Notes: generated from the letters alone by a model not told the origin. Shown: positions 35,856 through 45,487, counted from the stretch's first letter. The stretch is 64,000 nucleotides of DNA from Anaeroplasmataceae bacterium (GCA_029057785.1 JAIDZC010000021.1:5209-69208); one strand, 5' to 3'. Program-made: numbers and translations.

Positions 35856-36723
35856 AGATCATCTTGCCTTCTCTTTTTGAATTTTTATAGTTGAGAATAG
35901 AAATATCGTTTGCTAGATAGGTGAAATCCTCGATATAATAGGTTTTTCCATCAAGTTCGATTAGAATACATCCTGTAGTAAAAAGCGCTAAATTTGGGTA
36001 GGAAATGGGCATAAAATAGTAATTTTGCTTAGCGTTTAATTTAAACGGATCTTGTTTCTTCTTTTCTGCAAGTAAGGTATGCTTTAAACTCGCTTCTAGA
36101 CGTTCACTGTCGTAAAGCTGATCCTGTTCAATTTGAGTAAGATCAACATATGCAGGACCAATAGAAATATTTGAAAGCTTTTTATACATTTCATCTAGCT
36201 GTATTGTGAATCCGACCATATGAAGTTCTCCATGAATATAGGCATAATTTCCATAAAGATCATTGAATTCTAAGGGATGATAATCTCCATGATAAATGGC
36301 TATATCTCCTATATAGCACTCTAATGTAAAGGTATCATTTACTACTTTTAAAGAGCAATCATTAAAAATCATATCTTCATTAGAGATATGTAAAAGATTA
36401 CAGGAAATTATATATTTAAAAAAGGTTTCCTCTTTTGTTGTATAATCCTTTTCCTTAGTCACTAAAACATCTTGTAATTGGTAGCTACTTTTGTCATCAA
36501 TCAAGTAATAGCTATTTTCTTCTACAAATTCAATAAGAGTATTTTCATTATTTCCAAAAACTTCGAAGCACATTTTTTTGTTTTCTTCATAATGATAAGT
36601 TAAAATTCTAGGAATTGTATAATAGATATTCTCATTTACAGTTTTTTTGTTTTTACTTAAAATGAATATTGTACTTAAAAGAATAAGACTACTTAGTGTT
36701 ATTCCTAAAATGAGTTTCTTCAT
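35848..36723 (-). CDS. hypothetical N-terminally anchored extracytoplasmic protein
   Basis: 291 aa with a single N-terminal TM helix (LILGITLSSLILLSTIFIL). ATGA overlap with the upstream gene. No recognisable motif. Confidence 0.55.
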   Translation of the reverse strand: MKKLILGITLSSLILLSTIFILSKNKKTVNENIYYTIPRILTYHYEENKKMCFEVFGNNENTLIEFVEENSYYLIDDKSSYQLQDVLVTKEKDYTTKEETFFKYIISCNLLHISNEDMIFNDCSLKVVNDTFTLECYIGDIAIYHGDYHPLEFNDLYGNYAYIHGELHMVGFTIQLDEMYKKLSNISIGPAYVDLTQIEQDQLYDSERLEASLKHTLLAEKKKQDPFKLNAKQNYYFMPISYPNLALFTTGCILIELDGKTYYIEDFTYLANDISILNYKNSKREGKMIYA

Positions 36724-37349
36724 AGTTTTCTTTTCTCCATCCTAGGGTATTGATTTACTAAAGTGAAATATTCAAAGCCACAGCTTGCAACATTAACAAA
36801 GCAGATGTAGCAGGCACAAACACCATTTGTTACACGAGCACTTCCCATAAGATAAACTATGGCTCTACTCCCTTTTTCCACTGTAACCTTGAGCTTTTGA
36901 GTTTCCTTCCTAGAGGATGTAGTTGTGCTACTATAATCTACCCCTGCCTTAGCAGCTAAATCGGTCTTAAAGCTTTTAATACTTCCCTTTGCAGTACCAC
37001 TCAAGCTTCCTGAGACACTCCAGGAGGTTTTATTGGAAACATCCACAACGACATCTAGCTCATAGCTGACATCTGTATCTCCGCGATTTTCAACATTGTA
37101 GAGAGTTGAAGAGATATAAGTAACTTCAACATTTTGATTCACGGTATAAACATTTACTCCCCAAAATGTTGGCTTTTTTACATAAGTCATATATTCCTTC
37201 ATTTCTTCGTCGGTAAAATATCTAAGTAGTTTACCATCTACCATCATAATTTCGTTATAGGTTTCATATGAATCTTCGGCATAACATTCCACCATACCAC
37301 ATAAGATAATACAAATGAAACATAACATAACAGCAACAATTTTCTTCAT
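36720..37349 (-). CDS. hypothetical exported beta-rich protein with C-terminal Cys-rich TM anchor
   Basis: 209 aa. Signal peptide (..MVECYA/ED), a Ser/Thr-rich alternating segment SWSVSGSLSGTAKGSIKSFKTD..GVDYSSTTTSS, and a hydrophobic C-terminus VCACYICFVNVASCGFEYFTLV followed by RMEKRKL. Confidence 0.55.
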   Translation of the reverse strand: MKKIVAVMLCFICIILCGMVECYAEDSYETYNEIMMVDGKLLRYFTDEEMKEYMTYVKKPTFWGVNVYTVNQNVEVTYISSTLYNVENRGDTDVSYELDVVVDVSNKTSWSVSGSLSGTAKGSIKSFKTDLAAKAGVDYSSTTTSSRKETQKLKVTVEKGSRAIVYLMGSARVTNGVCACYICFVNVASCGFEYFTLVNQYPRMEKRKL

Positions 37350-37448
37350 AATATTCTTCCTTTCTTTTGTGCTTCATAATAAATAATTACCAAAAATTGT
37401 CATTTTTTATATTTTTATTTTAATTTTTTTTAAAAAAAGAGGTTTTTT

Positions 37449-37748
37449 ATGTCTAGAAACCCAATAACTAGTCTAAGTCAATTACTTTTATCCTTAAATC
37501 CTTTTGAATATGCGACACTAGCATATATTATTGGAATCATCTTAAGTGAAGGGCTAAGCTATAATGCGCAAGCATCTTTAGGTAACTTTTATAATCTTGT
37601 AGGTGAAGTGATTCAAACCATAGGAGCTCAAGCCCAAAATTTAGATTCTTCTCCTTCTGAGTCTTCTAATGTTGATGATGCGATAGAGAGTTTAAAAGGA
37701 AAAATAGGAAATATTGAGGAGATTATCAATAAGTTTAAAAGCATATAA
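37449..37748 (+). CDS. hypothetical small protein (99 aa)
   Basis: AAGAGG SD. A hydrophobic N-terminal half (NPFEYATLAYIIGIILSEGL...LGNFYNLVGEVIQTIGAQAQ) and a Ser/acidic tail. Divergent from the 4-gene ABC operon. Confidence 0.5.
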   Translation: MSRNPITSLSQLLLSLNPFEYATLAYIIGIILSEGLSYNAQASLGNFYNLVGEVIQTIGAQAQNLDSSPSESSNVDDAIESLKGKIGNIEEIINKFKSI

Positions 37749-37773
37749 AAAAGGATACCCTTTTAGGATATCC

Positions 37774-38613
37774 TTATTTCCATGCTTCATAGTGTGTTAC
37801 ATTGCTTACAACTTCTCCATCAATTTGAAGGGCGGTTGGACGATCAAATGTTACTTCAATATGCTTTGCCTCAATTAAAGTGCAGTATTTTTTCTTTTTT
37901 AAATGCTCTCCTTTAAATATTTTAGAGAATGTGAGTAAAGCGTTAAGACGGCATGCCTTACGCATAATCACAAAGGATAACTTATCAGATAGACGATCCT
38001 GCTTTGGTGCTACCATCATTCCGCCTCCATAATATTGTCCGTTCATCGCAGAGGCGAACCATACTTTTTTAAAATTAAGCTCTTTTCCATCAACTAAAAC
38101 CTTAGCATTAGGACATTTATATTTGGTTAGCAAAAGCTTAATAGCAATACTTGTATAATTGATATTTGTTTCTCCTTTCGCCTTAAGAGCATCTGCAACC
38201 TCACATACCATTCCATCAATACCAAATCCTATACCATTAATATAATTGGTTTCTTTTCCATTAATTTTTACCTTAGGTAAATTTTCTAAGTACGGATTTA
38301 ATAAAACAACATTTCCATTTTCATTGATATCTCTTAAGAAATCATTTCCAGTACCAGCGCGATATAGATAGAAGGAGGCCTCTAAGCTATGTCCTTTTAG
38401 TGCGTTTGCTAGGTGATTTAAAGTACCATCCCCACCTACTAAAATAATTTTATCCTCTGGAAGAATGTGATTTACAAATTCCTCTTGATTGATTTCTAAA
38501 ACATTCATTTCCTTTAAATCAGGATATTTTTCTTCTAAAGCAATTTTAGCTTCTTCTTTCATTTTTTCTCCTTGACCATTTCTAGCAAGTGGATTAAACA
38601 ATAAGTAATTCAT
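37774..38613 (-). CDS. diacylglycerol/lipid kinase family protein (YegS/DagK-like)
   Basis: GGDGTLNH catalytic-domain motif, 279 aa. Confidence 0.85.
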   Translation of the reverse strand: MNYLLFNPLARNGQGEKMKEEAKIALEEKYPDLKEMNVLEINQEEFVNHILPEDKIILVGGDGTLNHLANALKGHSLEASFYLYRAGTGNDFLRDINENGNVVLLNPYLENLPKVKINGKETNYINGIGFGIDGMVCEVADALKAKGETNINYTSIAIKLLLTKYKCPNAKVLVDGKELNFKKVWFASAMNGQYYGGGMMVAPKQDRLSDKLSFVIMRKACRLNALLTFSKIFKGEHLKKKKYCTLIEAKHIEVTFDRPTALQIDGEVVSNVTHYEAWK

Positions 38614-38616
38614 TTT

Positions 38617-39444
38617 TTATTTTTTCTCCTTTTCTTTTTTTATTAATTCTTCGGCTTCTAAGGCGAGCTCTTTAGTATTTTTTTCTATAACTTCCTCTTT
38701 AGGAATAACTTTTACTACTTTAAGAATTGTCTTCGTTCCTCTAAAGGGGAAATGTTTAGCAATTGAATTTGTATTTTCAATAGTACAAACAGCAATATCA
38801 ACCTCTGATTTGGTAGCTATTTTAAAGGATCCAGGATGAAATGGTAATAGTTCACCTGTTTTGCTTCTAGTCCCCTCAGGGCAGATATAAATGCTTGCCA
38901 AATCCTTTTCGATATAGGTAGAGGCCTTTCTTACCATTTGTATGCCAGAGTGTGCATCATTTCGATCTAATGCTATAAAACCAGCTTTATGGATAAAGGC
39001 ACCACAAATTGGAATCTTAAGATTTTCTATTTTAGTTACACAGATTAAAGGATGAAGCCCTAGCTTGGCAATAGCAATCATAGGGTCAAAATTTGAAATA
39101 TGATTTGTTATAACTAAATATCTTTTCTTTGGATCTAGCAATTCTTTTCCAACGAGCTTTACACGTGTTCTAGAAAGGAGTAAAAGCTGAAAGATCGTCT
39201 CCTTTACCCAGAAATACCAAAATCGATTGGGTTTGTTTTTTTCTTTTTTCTTACTAATAAAAAGAGAGATGATAAGCAATAAGATGACATAAATTCCAAA
39301 TATCGCAAGAAAGCATATAGGAATTAAAAGTATGGGAACAAAGAAATAATACCACTGTTCATAAAGATGAGTAAAATAGTAAATTGTTCCTGATATTCCT
39401 ATGCTCATTATTAAAAAGATAATAGTAAGAATCATCTTTTTCAC
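38617..39444 (-). CDS. 1-acyl-sn-glycerol-3-phosphate acyltransferase (PlsC family)
   Basis: N-terminal TM helices, HX4D motif NHISNFD, and CPEGTRS block. Confidence 0.85.
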   Translation of the reverse strand: MKKMILTIIFLIMSIGISGTIYYFTHLYEQWYYFFVPILLIPICFLAIFGIYVILLLIISLFISKKKEKNKPNRFWYFWVKETIFQLLLLSRTRVKLVGKELLDPKKRYLVITNHISNFDPMIAIAKLGLHPLICVTKIENLKIPICGAFIHKAGFIALDRNDAHSGIQMVRKASTYIEKDLASIYICPEGTRSKTGELLPFHPGSFKIATKSEVDIAVCTIENTNSIAKHFPFRGTKTILKVVKVIPKEEVIEKNTKELALEAEELIKKEKEKK

Positions 39445-39561
39445 ATCCCTTACTTACTCATTATACCATAATTCGACATAGGATTTCGACAGAAATTGCT
39501 AAAATTTTAAAAAAAGATAAAAAAAACCTACAGCAAATTCTGCTATAGGAAATTTTATCCA

Positions 39562-39963
39562 TTAATTCACTTTTAAAATTTCAACCATTTCTTCTAAAGA
39601 TTTTTTAGAACCTGTAAAATTTGGCCAAGCATGAATTCCATCTTCTTCCTTTCTAGGAATGATATGGAAATGAAGATGAAATACAGATTGTTCTGCCGCT
39701 TTACCGCTTGCATTTAGCACATTTACACCATCATATCCTAAATCATCAACATAATGCTTAGAGATAAGACGGATAGCTTCTGTTACTTTAGAAAGAGTGA
39801 TAGAATCACAATCTAAGATATTAATCACATGCTTTTTAGGAATAACTATAGTATGCCCATCGACATCCTTTGCAATATCTAAGAATGCATAGGTATATTC
39901 ATCCTCATAGATTTTGTAGCTTGGAAGCTCACCACTTAATATTTTACAAAATACACAGCTCAT
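39562..39963 (-). CDS. HIT-family nucleotide hydrolase (Hint-like)
   Basis: CVFCKI N-terminus and histidine triad HLHFHIIP, 133 aa. Confidence 0.88.
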   Translation of the reverse strand: MSCVFCKILSGELPSYKIYEDEYTYAFLDIAKDVDGHTIVIPKKHVINILDCDSITLSKVTEAIRLISKHYVDDLGYDGVNVLNASGKAAEQSVFHLHFHIIPRKEEDGIHAWPNFTGSKKSLEEMVEILKVN

Positions 39964-39973
39964 TTTCTTCCTC

Positions 39974-40795
39974 CTACTTGAGTAAGGATATAAGCTTGCT
40001 GGCAGCTATATCAAGTACACTAGCATCGGCCTCTTCTACTAAACCTTGATCTACTAGACTGGCTGTATCAGGCTGAATAGGCATTTGATCTAATGGAGTT
40101 AAATCATAGATTGCTGCAACCTCTTCTAACTTTGAAACACCAAATGGATGAAGTTTTTCTCCACAACAAGGACATTCCATATAACTCATATTTTCAACTA
40201 ATCCAAGTGTAGGAATATTCATCATCTTACACATATTCACAGCCTTACCTACAATCATAGATACCAAATCCTGAGGTGTAGATACAATAACAACATCATC
40301 TACAGGAATAGATTGGAATACAGTTAAGGCTACATCTCCTGTTCCTGGTGGCATATCAATGAACAAGAAATCCAAATCCTCCCATAAAACATCGGTATAA
40401 AATTGCTTTACAGCTCCACCAATGACAGGACCACGCCATAAAACAGGCTTTGTAGGCTCATCAATCAATAAATTGACTGAGATAAGCTTAATGCCTAGCT
40501 TTGAAACTTGAGGAAACATTAATTCTCCATTTCCCATAATTTGAGCATTTATACCAAATGCCTTTGGTATAGATGGACCCGTAATATCTGCATCCATAAT
40601 ACCTACCTTATAGCCTTTTTTAGCCATATTTATAGCAAGTAATGAGGTAACTGTAGATTTACCTACTCCACCTTTACCAGATACAACACCAATAATTTTT
40701 TTAATGTTATTTTCTTTTGCAGTTTGTGCAAGTAAGGATTCACGATCATTACAATCCTTCTTAGAACAATTTGAACAATTATGATCACATGCCAT
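39974..40795 (-). CDS. Mrp/NBP35-family Fe-S cluster carrier ATPase
   Basis: Deviant Walker A GVVSGKGGVGKST, CPCCG motif, and Cys-rich N-terminus. Start taken at ATG 40795. Confidence 0.88.
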   Translation of the reverse strand: MACDHNCSNCSKKDCNDRESLLAQTAKENNIKKIIGVVSGKGGVGKSTVTSLLAINMAKKGYKVGIMDADITGPSIPKAFGINAQIMGNGELMFPQVSKLGIKLISVNLLIDEPTKPVLWRGPVIGGAVKQFYTDVLWEDLDFLFIDMPPGTGDVALTVFQSIPVDDVVIVSTPQDLVSMIVGKAVNMCKMMNIPTLGLVENMSYMECPCCGEKLHPFGVSKLEEVAAIYDLTPLDQMPIQPDTASLVDQGLVEEADASVLDIAASKLISLLK

Positions 40796-40858
40796 AGTTA
40801 TTAACCTCGATTCACAAAAATTTTTTAAAAACATATAGTAATAGTAAGGAGGTGCCTC

Positions 40859-41095
40859 ATGCAGTATTATCCACAATCAACATATTACTATCGTGGAGAG
40901 GACAATCGTGGGCTTCTATTACCACTGCTTGTTGGGGCGGCAGTTGGATTTCCCTTTGGATATATAGCTAGCAACACGAACAAGAATAATTATAACAATT
41001 ATAATCCTATGCCTTATCCTGTTCAGCAGTATCCAATGTATCCAGTACAGCCTATGCCACAGTACTATCCACCTTATCCATATATGCCTTATTAG
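40859..41095 (+). CDS. Tyr/Pro-rich small membrane protein (78 aa)
   Basis: Excellent SD (TAAGGAGGTG, 5 nt, ATG). One central TM-like segment is flanked by low-complexity tails. 16 Tyr and 14 Pro of 78 residues. Confidence 0.55.
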   Translation: MQYYPQSTYYYRGEDNRGLLLPLLVGAAVGFPFGYIASNTNKNNYNNYNPMPYPVQQYPMYPVQPMPQYYPPYPYMPY

Positions 41096-41115
41096 AATAC
41101 ACAAGTATTCTTTTT

Positions 41116-41466
41116 TTATTCTTCATTCTCATGAGAAATATCTAATTTTGAGATAATCTCATTGATTCTATTTCCATATTCTAATGCTTCATCATGAACA
41201 AATATCAATTCAGGCATTTTACGTGCCTTAATTTTTTTTGCAAGTTCACTTCTTAAATAGCCTTTACAATCTTCTAAAGCTTTCATATAGTTTTCTACTT
41301 TTCCTTGATAGAAGGTAAAGTAGATTTTCATATAAGATAAATCCTTTGTAATACGAACCTCAGTAATCGTAATATTAGAAAGATAATTATTTTTTGCATC
41401 CTTCCGTAAGATCAGGGATAATTCACGTAAAGATAAGGATTCTAAGCGCTGTAAAGATATACTCAT
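41116..41466 (-). CDS. rbfA: ribosome-binding factor A
   Basis: 116 aa, typical RbfA (ITEVRITKDLSYMKIYF), immediately downstream of infB. Confidence 0.92.
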   Translation of the reverse strand: MSISLQRLESLSLRELSLILRKDAKNNYLSNITITEVRITKDLSYMKIYFTFYQGKVENYMKALEDCKGYLRSELAKKIKARKMPELIFVHDEALEYGNRINEIISKLDISHENEE

Positions 41467-43307
41467 TATCGCTTCAGCTCCTTCATAATAGATGCCTCAA
41501 TAACGTCCATTTCTTTTATATCATTGTAGTTTTCAATCGTAAGACCGCATTCATAGCCCTGACGAACTTCTTTAGCATCATCCTTATATCTCTTTAAGGA
41601 GCCTAATTTACCTTCGAACACAACAATACCCTCACGTAATACTCTTACTAAGGAATTTCTTTCAATACAGCCATCTGTTACATAGCATCCAGCAATAGTT
41701 CCTACCTTGGAATTTTTGAAGATGCTTCTTACTTCAGCCTGACCAATTACAACTTCCTCATAAACTGGATCAAGCATTCCCTTTAAGGAAGCCTCAATAT
41801 CATTTAAGACATTATAAATGATATTATATAGACGAATTTCAACCTTTTTAGTGGCTGCTTCATTTCTAACTGAAGCCATAGGTCTTACATTAAAGCCAAT
41901 AATAATTGCATTAGATGCTTCTGCTAAGGATACATCAGTATCTGTAATTGTACCAACAGTTGCACGAATGATATTTACCTTTAAATCTTCTATGTTTAAT
42001 TTTTCTAAGGAAGCCTTTAATGCCTCAACAGAGCCCTGAACATCACCCTTAATAATTAAGTTGAGTTCTTTTGTTGTATCCGCATCTGAGCGCTTAAATA
42101 AGTCTTCTAATGAAGTTGCCTTTCTAGCAGCTGCATCAGCATTCTTCTTACGATTAGCACGTGCCTCGGCTGTATCTCTTGCTGTTTTTTCATCGTTAAA
42201 TACCATAAATTTATCTCCGGCAAGAGGTACTGCATTTAAACCTGTTACGGATACAGCTTTAGATGGAGTTACAGAATTGAAGCGTTGATGGCGGTCATCT
42301 TCCATCGTACGAATACGTCCCCATGTGTCTCCACAAACAACAACGTCCCCAATTTTAAGTGTACCATTTTGAACTAAGAAGGTTGCAAGAGGACCACGTC
42401 CCTTATCTAACTGTGCTTCAATTACAGAACCCATTGCCAAACGCTTAGGATTGGCCTTTAATTCTTTCATTTCGGCAACCAATTGAATCATTTCTAATAG
42501 TTGATCTACACCTGTTCCCTGTAGCGCAGAGATAGGTACAAAAATTGTATCTCCACCCCATACCTCTGGAACTAGATTGAACTTTGTTAATTCTTCCATA
42601 ACACGGTCAGGATTTGCTGCAGGTTTATCCATTTTATTGACTGCAACTATGATTGGGCAGCCTGCTGCCTGAGCATGTGCAATTGCCTCTTCTGTTTGTG
42701 GCATTACACCATCATCTGCAGCAACAACTAGGATTACGATATCTGTGATTTGAGCACCACGAGCACGCATTTGTGTAAATGCAGCATGGCCTGGAGTGTC
42801 AATGAATGTAATTGGGAAGCCCTTATGCGTCACTTGATATGCACCAATGTGTTGTGTGATTCCACCTGCTTCTCCACGTGCAACACGGGAAGAACGGATG
42901 GTATCTAGTAATGTAGTCTTACCATGGTCTACATGTCCCATAATTGTAACTACTGGTGGTCTTGAGACTAAAGACGCTTCATCATCTTCAACGACAATTT
43001 CATCATAGCGAGTCACATCAGTAATGACCTCATCCTTTAACTCATAGCCAAATTCTAGAGCTATCAATTCGATCGTTTCACGATCTATAGTTTGGTTTTG
43101 ATTTGCAACTATACCAGCTTGCATTAACTTCATGATAATTTGAGCATTTGTTTTACCCATTCCACTAGCAACATCAGAAACAGTCATTCCATCTTTATAA
43201 ACTAAAATATTATCTTCCTTGGCTTGAGCCTGCTTCTTATTTTTTGCTTGTGGGATATTTGCAGTTCTTTTATCCTGCTTGTTTATTTTCTTTGCCACAA
43301 AAATCAC
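41466..43307 (-). CDS. infB: translation initiation factor IF-2
   Basis: GTPase motifs [18 protein letters not shown]. 613 aa with a short N-terminal region. GTG start. Confidence 0.96.
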   Translation of the reverse strand: MIFVAKKINKQDKRTANIPQAKNKKQAQAKEDNILVYKDGMTVSDVASGMGKTNAQIIMKLMQAGIVANQNQTIDRETIELIALEFGYELKDEVITDVTRYDEIVVEDDEASLVSRPPVVTIMGHVDHGKTTLLDTIRSSRVARGEAGGITQHIGAYQVTHKGFPITFIDTPGHAAFTQMRARGAQITDIVILVVAADDGVMPQTEEAIAHAQAAGCPIIVAVNKMDKPAANPDRVMEELTKFNLVPEVWGGDTIFVPISALQGTGVDQLLEMIQLVAEMKELKANPKRLAMGSVIEAQLDKGRGPLATFLVQNGTLKIGDVVVCGDTWGRIRTMEDDRHQRFNSVTPSKAVSVTGLNAVPLAGDKFMVFNDEKTARDTAEARANRKKNADAAARKATSLEDLFKRSDADTTKELNLIIKGDVQGSVEALKASLEKLNIEDLKVNIIRATVGTITDTDVSLAEASNAIIIGFNVRPMASVRNEAATKKVEIRLYNIIYNVLNDIEASLKGMLDPVYEEVVIGQAEVRSIFKNSKVGTIAGCYVTDGCIERNSLVRVLREGIVVFEGKLGSLKRYKDDAKEVRQGYECGLTIENYNDIKEMDVIEASIMKELKR

Positions 43308-43308
43308 C

Positions 43309-43596
43309 CTATTTCTTTAATATTTTTAAAAACCCTTGATTTACAATCCCTATAACCATACGATTGTTTTTACCAATTGCATGGGATAATTCATCTGATG
43401 TATAGCTTTCATCAATTTCAATATGATAAAAGCTTGCCTTATCTTTAAATTTTTTCTTTGTATTGTCACTGGCATCCTTAGCCAAAAACAAATAATGAAT
43501 TTTGCCAGTAGCAATATCGTTTAAAACGCTGTCTTCTCCACTAAGAAGTCCGCCTGCTCTTTGGCATAGTCCTAAATTATTTAATATTTTATCCAT
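43309..43596 (-). CDS. ylxQ: L7Ae-family RNA-binding protein YlxQ
   Basis: 95 aa in the conserved position between ylxR and inf[15 protein letters not shown] motif. Confidence 0.85.
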   Translation of the reverse strand: MDKILNNLGLCQRAGGLLSGEDSVLNDIATGKIHYLFLAKDASDNTKKKFKDKASFYHIEIDESYTSDELSHAIGKNNRMVIGIVNQGFLKILKK

Positions 43597-43599
43597 AAA

Positions 43600-43860
43600 T
43601 TATTCTAAATATCCCAAAAGCTCTTCATAAATCTCTTCTGGAACATTTACCTCCAATTTGCGGTCTAATGCCTTATTCTTTTTCGCAAGTAAAATGACAG
43701 ACTTATCTTTTTTTAAGTAAGCCCCACGACCATTAGCTTTCCCTTTTAAATCAATGATTACAGAATGCTCAGGTGTACGAACTACACGAAAAAGATCTTT
43801 CTTTTCACAAACTTCTTTAGAAACAACACAGGTTCTTAAGATTTGTTTTTTTTCCTTCAT
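43600..43860 (-). CDS. ylxR: YlxR (DUF448) RNA-binding protein
   Basis: RTCVVSKEVCEKKDLFRVV signature, directly after nusA. Confidence 0.85.
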   Translation of the reverse strand: MKEKKQILRTCVVSKEVCEKKDLFRVVRTPEHSVIIDLKGKANGRGAYLKKDKSVILLAKKNKALDRKLEVNVPEEIYEELLGYLE

Positions 43861-43861
43861 C

Positions 43862-45013
43862 TTATAAACCTAAAATTTGGATTAAGCCCTTCTCGTAGGC
43901 TTCAGATGTAGGCATAATATCAATCTTCCAGCCACAAGACTGAACTGCAAGACGAACATTTTGACCAGATTTACCAATGGCTAAGGATAGATGATCATCA
44001 GGTACTACAACCTGAGAGGTTTTGGTTTTTGCATCGATTTTCAATACTTTTGTAACGGATGCAGGTTGTAAAGAATTTGCAATCAACTCTTCAGGATCCT
44101 GACTCCATTTGTAAAGATCAACCTTTTCACCACCTAAAGCATTTACAATTTCACGGATACGGCTTCCACCTTCACCAACACAAGAACCAATTGCATCCAC
44201 TCTTTCATCATTTGAGTAAATGGCTATCTTAGTACGATCTCCTGGATCACGGGCAATACCCTTAATTTCAATAATACCATTTTTGATTTCTGGTATATAG
44301 TTCTCAAGTAAACGAGTAACCAAGTTACGTTCTGTACGGGAAACAACTACCTTTGGCTCTTTTGTTGTTTGTTCTACCTTCTTTACGTATACCTTAATAA
44401 AATCACCTATTCCAAAATGATCATTAGGTAATAAATCAGATACAGGTAAAATGGAAGTAACATTAAAGCCTAATTTTAATGTTAAGAATCTATCCCCTAC
44501 ATTAGATACCTCGGCATTGATCATTTCATTTTCAAAATCTTTGAAGTATAAATATGCCTTTTCTCTTTCTAGAGTACGAACACCTTGCTTATACATGTTA
44601 CCTGCAGCTAAAATTGTCATACGGCTATAGGTCTTAAGGTTTTCTTGTTGGATTACTAAATCACCAACCTTATAGCTGCTTTTAATCTTCTTTGCATCCT
44701 CTAATAGCATTTCAGCATATTGAGGTTCAGTAGATTCTTCCTTAACCTCTTCAGCAGGTTTTTCTTCTTCTAAAGCCTCAACATCTTCTTCATGTTTAGA
44801 GTAGTCAGTATACTCTTCTACAACCTTATGGATGGAATAAAGAAGAATTTCATTTTTATCCTTCTTAAATTCAACACGACAAGAGGTGTTTCCATGCTCC
44901 TTCTTAAAAGCCATAATTAAGGCTTTTTCCATACATGCTAAAACCTCATCAACATTAAAGCCTCTACTTTCTGCATCCTCTTCAGCTAGCTTGTAAAAAT
45001 CCTTATTAATCAT
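43862..45013 (-). CDS. nusA: transcription termination/antitermination factor NusA
   Basis: 383 aa with N-terminal domain, S1 and two KH domains (GIARDPGDRTKIAI, IGKSGQNVRLA). Confidence 0.96.
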   Translation of the reverse strand: MINKDFYKLAEEDAESRGFNVDEVLACMEKALIMAFKKEHGNTSCRVEFKKDKNEILLYSIHKVVEEYTDYSKHEEDVEALEEEKPAEEVKEESTEPQYAEMLLEDAKKIKSSYKVGDLVIQQENLKTYSRMTILAAGNMYKQGVRTLEREKAYLYFKDFENEMINAEVSNVGDRFLTLKLGFNVTSILPVSDLLPNDHFGIGDFIKVYVKKVEQTTKEPKVVVSRTERNLVTRLLENYIPEIKNGIIEIKGIARDPGDRTKIAIYSNDERVDAIGSCVGEGGSRIREIVNALGGEKVDLYKWSQDPEELIANSLQPASVTKVLKIDAKTKTSQVVVPDDHLSLAIGKSGQNVRLAVQSCGWKIDIMPTSEAYEKGLIQILGL

Positions 45014-45025
45014 TTTCTTATCCTC

Positions 45026-45487
45026 CTATACTTTTACTGCTAATCTAATGAATTTTATTTCTTTATAAGGAATATGTATTGTTTTAAATCTTCCTTTAGC
45101 ATTAAATCTTAGAACAATTTCCTCGCCCTCTACTGCCAAAAGATTTCCTTCATAAATCATATTTGGAACTTCTATATGAATAAAGGCACCAACATGCTTT
45201 GTGACCTCTTCTAAGCTCCTTAGTTCCTTTTCTGCACCTGGAGAAGAAACCTCCAAAAAATACTCAGTCATATCCTGATCTAAAGAATCTAAGCGCTCGG
45301 ATAGATATTCATTGCAATCTGCAAGACTATCAATATCTATGCCACCTTCTTTATCTATACAAACTCGCAAAATTAAGGCATCTGCTTCTTTTACAAGTTC
45401 TATAGAATAAAAGGTTAAACCATTTTCTTCTAGATATGGAAGGAGCACTTCTTTTACCTTAGTTAAATCCAATAGGATCATCTCCAA
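45026..45487 (-). CDS. rimP: ribosome maturation factor RimP
   Basis: 153 aa, first gene of the nusA-infB operon. LEVSSPG motif. Confidence 0.9.
   Translation of the reverse strand: MEMILLDLTKVKEVLLPYLEENGLTFYSIELVKEADALILRVCIDKEGGIDIDSLADCNEYLSERLDSLDQDMTEYFLEVSSPGAEKELRSLEEVTKHVGAFIHIEVPNMIYEGNLLAVEGEEIVLRFNAKGRFKTIHIPYKEIKFIRLAVKV

Noticed and set aside
40919-41104. 61-aa - strand ORF mirroring the Tyr/Pro-rich mini-gene
   Set aside because: It has no SD. Its His/Trp/Ile/Arg-rich repetitive translation is the complement of YP-rich codons, and the + strand ORF has a near-perfect SD.
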